A stretch of DNA of 15,902 nt, from assembly GCA_964584035.1 (NCBI GenBank), contig CAZOYL010000057.1, positions 1-15,902 on the forward strand, in the 5' to 3' direction. The translations under genes and the position numbers were made by a program. Source of the stretch: an uncultured Gemmatimonadota bacterium (GTDB taxonomy: Bacteria; SM23-81). This document shows, one piece after another, positions 12,371-15,902 of the stretch. Below the pieces are notes generated by a model. The model made no database searches and was not told where the DNA came from. It was given only the letters and a program-made list of their open reading frames with translations. The number at the start of each line of letters is the position of its first letter. The first letter of the stretch is position 1.

Positions 12371-14833
12371 GGTCAGATCGAAGCTCAGCGAGGCGGCTGT
12401 TGGTACCGTGCCGGTGAGGGTGACCACCCCGGTGGCGTCGGTCTCCACCCGGCAGGGCAGCCCCGGGGAGAGGGCGAAGTCGCCCATGGGGATGGGTACG
12501 GTGGTGTAATGGGTGTAGGTCTGGGCGGTGGGGTTCCACTGGCTGACGGTCAGGCAGTTGGTCGCCGGGCTGCTGTGGGCCTCGATGGCCGCCTCCAGAT
12601 CTGAGGCCATGGCCAGGGTGGAGTCGTCCAGGGCCATGGCCAGCCAGGCGTAGTCGGTGCCGGTGGTGGAACTCAGGGTCCAGTCGATCTCGCCGGTGCG
12701 GTTGGAGCCAGCCGAGGCGTTGCCCGAGCCGTCGGTGACCACCACCTGGTAGAACAGATCCGTATCCGGGTCGCCGATGCGGGGGTCGGCGTGCTGGTAG
12801 GACAGCTCGGCGGTGGAGGTGATCAGGTTGGCGGGACCGGGGGTGAAGAAGGCGGTGGTATCGGCGTAAAGGTGATAGAAGATCGGTCCGGTCTCCGGCG
12901 AGCCGTCGGTGCCGGCGGTGACCTGTTCCCAGGACAGCTTCAGGCTGCCCTTGGGGGCTCCCTTGGTGCCATGAGCCAGCGAGAGCACGGTGGTGGCCGG
13001 GCCGATGTCGTCCACCGAGTAGCCGCTGTCGGGAGACGAGTCGTAGAAGACATAGGGGTCGTTGGTATGGGCCGAGACCATGAAGGTGAAGAAGGGTGTG
13101 CCGCCGGCCGAGGAATCATCCAGGGTGGGGGCCGTGTACCGGTAACCCTCTAGATAGTGGGCGTCGATGGCATCGATGTATTCCCAGTATTCCTGCTTAT
13201 GGTTTCCGGAAGCATCTGATCCGGTGATGATCCGGTACGTCCCGGGAGAAAGATCCTTTGCAGAACGCCCGTCCCACTGCTGCTCAGGGGATCTCGATTT
13301 TGAGCCGCCGGGATCTTTTCGCCAGATGGAGTACTCGGCGATGCCCCCGAACTGGGCGTCATCCAGGTAACTCCGGCTCCACAGGATGGCCGCCTGCCGG
13401 CCCTGATCTTCCGGGACGTCGGAGATAGAGGTGATGTTAGGGGTCGGATTGAAGAAGATCTTCTGGGCATAGACATCGCCGGTGTCGTCTCGAGCGTCCT
13501 GCCAGGCGATAACGGCGCCGGCCGTGCCGGCGGAGACGAGACAGGGGTCTTCCTGGTCCCCGACGAAGGTGCAGATGGGCAGACCGCCGGCGGGCATCAG
13601 GGTGTCGCCGTTGGCGTCGATCTGCTGGGCGTAGATATCCCATTTGAAGCCGCTGCGCTGATCCTGCCAGGTGATGATCGCTCCTCCCAGCCCGTCGCTG
13701 GCGATTTGGGGGTGCCGTTGGTCGCCGGCGGCGCCGCAGATCAGCAGGCCATCGGCCGGTTCCTGTAGGTTGCCATTGGGGTCCACGCGCTGGGCGTAGA
13801 TGTCCACCGAGCTGGCGTCTCGGAAGTCCTCCCAGACGATGATGATGCCGGAATTGCCGGCGATCAGCTTGGGGGACATCTGAGCATTCGAAGCGGTGCA
13901 GATGGGCAGGCCGTCTTCCTGCCACAGGGCGTTTCCGTCGGTACCCACCCGCTGGGCATAGATGTCGTCGTGGGCACCGCGACTGTCCTGCCAGGCGAGG
14001 TAGGCGCCTCCCAGGTCGTCGGTCAGGATCTGGGGATCGTATTGATAATCCGCGGCCGTGCAGATCGGCCGGCCGTTCGCCGGCCAGAGGGTGTCGCCAT
14101 CGGCATCGATGCGCTGGACGAAGATGTTATAGTCGACGCCGTTGCGGCCGTCGGCCCAGCTGATGATGGCGCCGCCCGATCCGTCGGCCGTGATCCGGGG
14201 ATTGTATTGTGTATTGGCCGCCGTGCAGATGGGTCTGCCATCGGCCGGCCACAATGTGTCGCCGTTGGCGTCGATCCGCTGGGCATAGATGTCATCGTAA
14301 CCGTTGCGGGCATCCCGCCAGGCCAGGAAAAATCCTCCGCAGGTGTCGCTGGCCAGGCACGGTTCGAGCTGCTCGGTGGTGTCGTTGCAGATGACGACGC
14401 CGGGGTCATTCCAGATTCGGGCGCCGTCGGCATCGATTTTTTGAACATAGATATCCCCGTCGCCATCGTCGCGATCGTCTCTCCAGGCCGTGAACGCTCC
14501 TCCGTTGCCGTCACCTATGGCGCAGCAAGAGTGCTGATTCCCAAGCGCTCCGCAGACGTAATTTCCGTCGGTACTCCACAGGACGGTGCCCTCCGGATCG
14601 ATCCGCTGAGCCCGGATGTCCGTATCGTCGGGACCATAGTAGAAATCCCTCCAGATGACGATGGCGCCTAAGGAATCATCGCTGACGATGACAACCTGAT
14701 CCTGCAGCTCGTAACGAGTGCAGATGACCACGCCGTTCGAAGTCCACTCGCCAACGGCCTGAGCGTTCTGCGCTGCGATCTGGATGCACATCAGCACGGC
14801 GATAGCGGCGGCAAGGTGAGCGGTCATTTTCAC
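12068..14833 (-). CDS. Secreted repeat protein, paralog C
   Basis: 921 aa; GTG start (an ATG two codons later is possible) with SD AAAGGAG; signal peptide ending AQA; same architecture and C-terminus as A and B. Confidence 0.9.
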   Translation of the reverse strand: MKMTAHLAAAIAVLMCIQIAAQNAQAVGEWTSNGVVICTRYELQDQVVIVSDDSLGAIVIWRDFYYGPDDTDIRAQRIDPEGTVLWSTDGNYVCGALGNQHSCCAIGDGNGGAFTAWRDDRDDGDGDIYVQKIDADGARIWNDPGVVICNDTTEQLEPCLASDTCGGFFLAWRDARNGYDDIYAQRIDANGDTLWPADGRPICTAANTQYNPRITADGSGGAIISWADGRNGVDYNIFVQRIDADGDTLWPANGRPICTAADYQYDPQILTDDLGGAYLAWQDSRGAHDDIYAQRVGTDGNALWQEDGLPICTASNAQMSPKLIAGNSGIIIVWEDFRDASSVDIYAQRVDPNGNLQEPADGLLICGAAGDQRHPQIASDGLGGAIITWQDQRSGFKWDIYAQQIDANGDTLMPAGGLPICTFVGDQEDPCLVSAGTAGAVIAWQDARDDTGDVYAQKIFFNPTPNITSISDVPEDQGRQAAILWSRSYLDDAQFGGIAEYSIWRKDPGGSKSRSPEQQWDGRSAKDLSPGTYRIITGSDASGNHKQEYWEYIDAIDAHYLEGYRYTAPTLDDSSAGGTPFFTFMVSAHTNDPYVFYDSSPDSGYSVDDIGPATTVLSLAHGTKGAPKGSLKLSWEQVTAGTDGSPETGPIFYHLYADTTAFFTPGPANLITSTAELSYQHADPRIGDPDTDLFYQVVVTDGSGNASAGSNRTGEIDWTLSSTTGTDYAWLAMALDDSTLAMASDLEAAIEAHSSPATNCLTVSQWNPTAQTYTHYTTVPIPMGDFALSPGLPCRVETDATGVVTLTGTVPTAASLSFDLTTTTGTDYTWLSLPLELDALIMASDLEAHIEAHSDPATDCLTISQWNPTAQAYTHYTTVPVPMGDFAIAPGRPYRVEVTAGAVWPYAGKELKEFQRVLHTR

Positions 14834-14918
14834 GGTCGCCTCTCCTTTCGCTTTCTGTATGGGGAGTTATTGAGCTATGATGTGTATTTCAAGAATGCTC
14901 TATCACAGAGAATGCTCA

Positions 14919-14947
14919 ATGTTACGACCGGCGCAGAATTTTGTCAA
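14919..14947 (-). promoter_or_regulatory. Sigma70 promoter of paralog C
   Basis: TTGACA (14947-14942), 17 bp spacer, TAACAT (14924-14919). Confidence 0.7.
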
Positions 14948-15180
14948 GGAAAAAACGGTCCCCGGGGCTGCCTTTGAATCATTGTCTGTATTTAGTAGAA
15001 AGAGGATTCCAGGAATTAAGAATTCGAAGATTCGAGGGAAGAAATTGAAAGTGGTTGATTGCTGAAACAAGTTGGAGTGAGATAGGATTGCCTTTGTTAT
15101 TCGCTGCTAGTACTATTGGTTGGAGTGTAGTGGTCTGCTTGTTGCTAACCGCCTACTGGGGATGTGAGGTGGTGGGATGA

Positions 15181-15660
15181 TCACTCCGCCGTCGAGAAAT
15201 CAAAGACCTCCCTGGGATTCACCAGTCGCAAATAATTCTCCACCCTCATGATGATCGAATCGGTCAGCGATCCGGCGTTGAAGGCGATCTTCTCGTTTTC
15301 CAGAATGGAGCCGTCCAGATAGAGCTCCAGCGGCAGGATGGGGGGACCGAAGGGGGGCACGCAGCCGGGAACGCAGCCGGTCAGTTCTTTGAGCTCCTCC
15401 CGGGTGGCGAAGCGGGTCCGCTTGACGCCCAGATGCTTCTTCATGGCATGGGAGTCCATCTTCCGGGCGGCGCTGAGGACGAACAGCCTGAACTCGTTCT
15501 CGATCTTCATCACCAGGGCCTTGCCCCCGATGCGGGTGCTTTCGCCCCGGGCCCGGGCCGATTCTTCGGAGGTGTGTGTCGGCTGGTGATGAACGTGGCG
15601 GTAGGGAATGGTGTTCTGATCAAGAAGGGCTTTGATCTGTAGGAAGACGTCGACGGACAT
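15181..15660 (-). CDS. YbaK/ProX-family aminoacyl-tRNA deacylase (trans-editing) protein
   Basis: H.PTHTSEESA.ARG...GGKALVMK (conserved Lys), RFATREEL..LTGCVPGCVPPFG, FNAGSLTDSI. Start placed at ATG 15660 (159 aa); no clear SD, so the start is uncertain. Confidence 0.88.
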   Translation of the reverse strand: MSVDVFLQIKALLDQNTIPYRHVHHQPTHTSEESARARGESTRIGGKALVMKIENEFRLFVLSAARKMDSHAMKKHLGVKRTRFATREELKELTGCVPGCVPPFGPPILPLELYLDGSILENEKIAFNAGSLTDSIIMRVENYLRLVNPREVFDFSTAE

Positions 15661-15680
15661 TGGCGGAGTATGTTTTGTTA

Positions 15681-15725
15681 TGCTGATGACTGCCGGCTGC
15701 CGCCCGCTTGCTGATGACTGCCGGC
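15681..15725. repeat. Perfect 17-bp direct repeat
   Basis: TGCTGATGACTGCCGGC at 15681-15697 and 15709-15725. Confidence 0.8.
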
Positions 15726-15767
15726 CGGGATTTCCACGAACACAAGCCACCGATACGAACACGGCCT

Positions 15768-15902
15768 TTACAAATATCCCATATCCTTGAGATGATGCCT
15801 GATCATTTCTTCTTCATCGGGACTGTAAGGCGTGGTCGGCGCCTTGGGGATGTGTTCCAGCATCTCCAGGGTCATCAGGATGCGCTGCAGGTTCTTCTCG
15901 GC
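15768..15902 (-). CDS. 3' end of a gene, probably adenylyl-sulfate kinase-like (a sulfatase-type tail is possible)
   Basis: Manual translation ...AEKNLQRILMTLEMLEHIPKAPTTPYSPDEEEMIRHHLKDMGYL*; the 'EEE.I...L..(L/M)GY(L/I)' tail resembles APS kinase and sulfatase C-termini; only 44 aa are visible. Confidence 0.55.
   Translation of the reverse strand, partial: AEKNLQRILMTLEMLEHIPKAPTTPYSPDEEEMIRHHLKDMGYL

Noticed and set aside
6115..12539. Three similar alternate-frame minus-strand ORFs starting MEPHRPDLHPLHHR (6115..6789, 9063..9560, 11949..12539)
   Set aside because: Out-of-frame readings of the conserved tail DNA, Arg/Pro/His-rich, with no SD and different stop positions; no slippery site was seen to suggest programmed frameshifting.
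6066..14671. Long plus-strand ORFs (6066..7040, 8187..8999, 9053..11080, 11942..12325, 13970..14671) that resemble each other
   Set aside because: Their similarity simply mirrors the repeated minus-strand genes; they are codon-bias shadows.
14877..15065. 62-aa plus-strand ORF upstream of paralog C
   Set aside because: Overlaps the predicted promoter and the low-complexity repeat tract, with atypical composition and no recognisable motif.
15661..15762. N-terminal extension of the YbaK-like ORF from GTG 15762
   Set aside because: It crosses the out-of-phase 28-bp-period repeat and looks non-coding; family similarity starts at MSVDVF.

Overview
High-GC bacterial genomic window; every supportable gene is on the minus strand. 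In transcription order (right to left) it contains: the 3' end of a probable adenylyl-sulfate kinase/sulfatase-type gene, a YbaK/ProX-family tRNA-editing protein, and three tandem paralogous ~900-aa secreted proteins. Each of the three has a signal peptide, eight ~55-aa 'DIYAQR' repeats (probable beta-propeller), beta-sandwich/FN3-like middle domains and two 100-aa C-terminal repeats whose last ~220-300 bp are nearly identical in DNA. These are followed by a secreted Kelch-repeat protein with a FlgD/T9SS-type C-terminal domain, a fur-feoA-feoB operon with a clear sigma70 promoter and Fur box that ends in a Tat-exported protein, and the 5' part of a subtilisin (S8) protease missing from the ORF track. 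A T9SS-like tail combined with strong Shine-Dalgarno sites and TTGACA promoters suggests a non-Bacteroidota FCB-group lineage (inference). The most unusual elements are the variable-head/constant-tail secreted protein array and the Tat substrate in the Feo operon.
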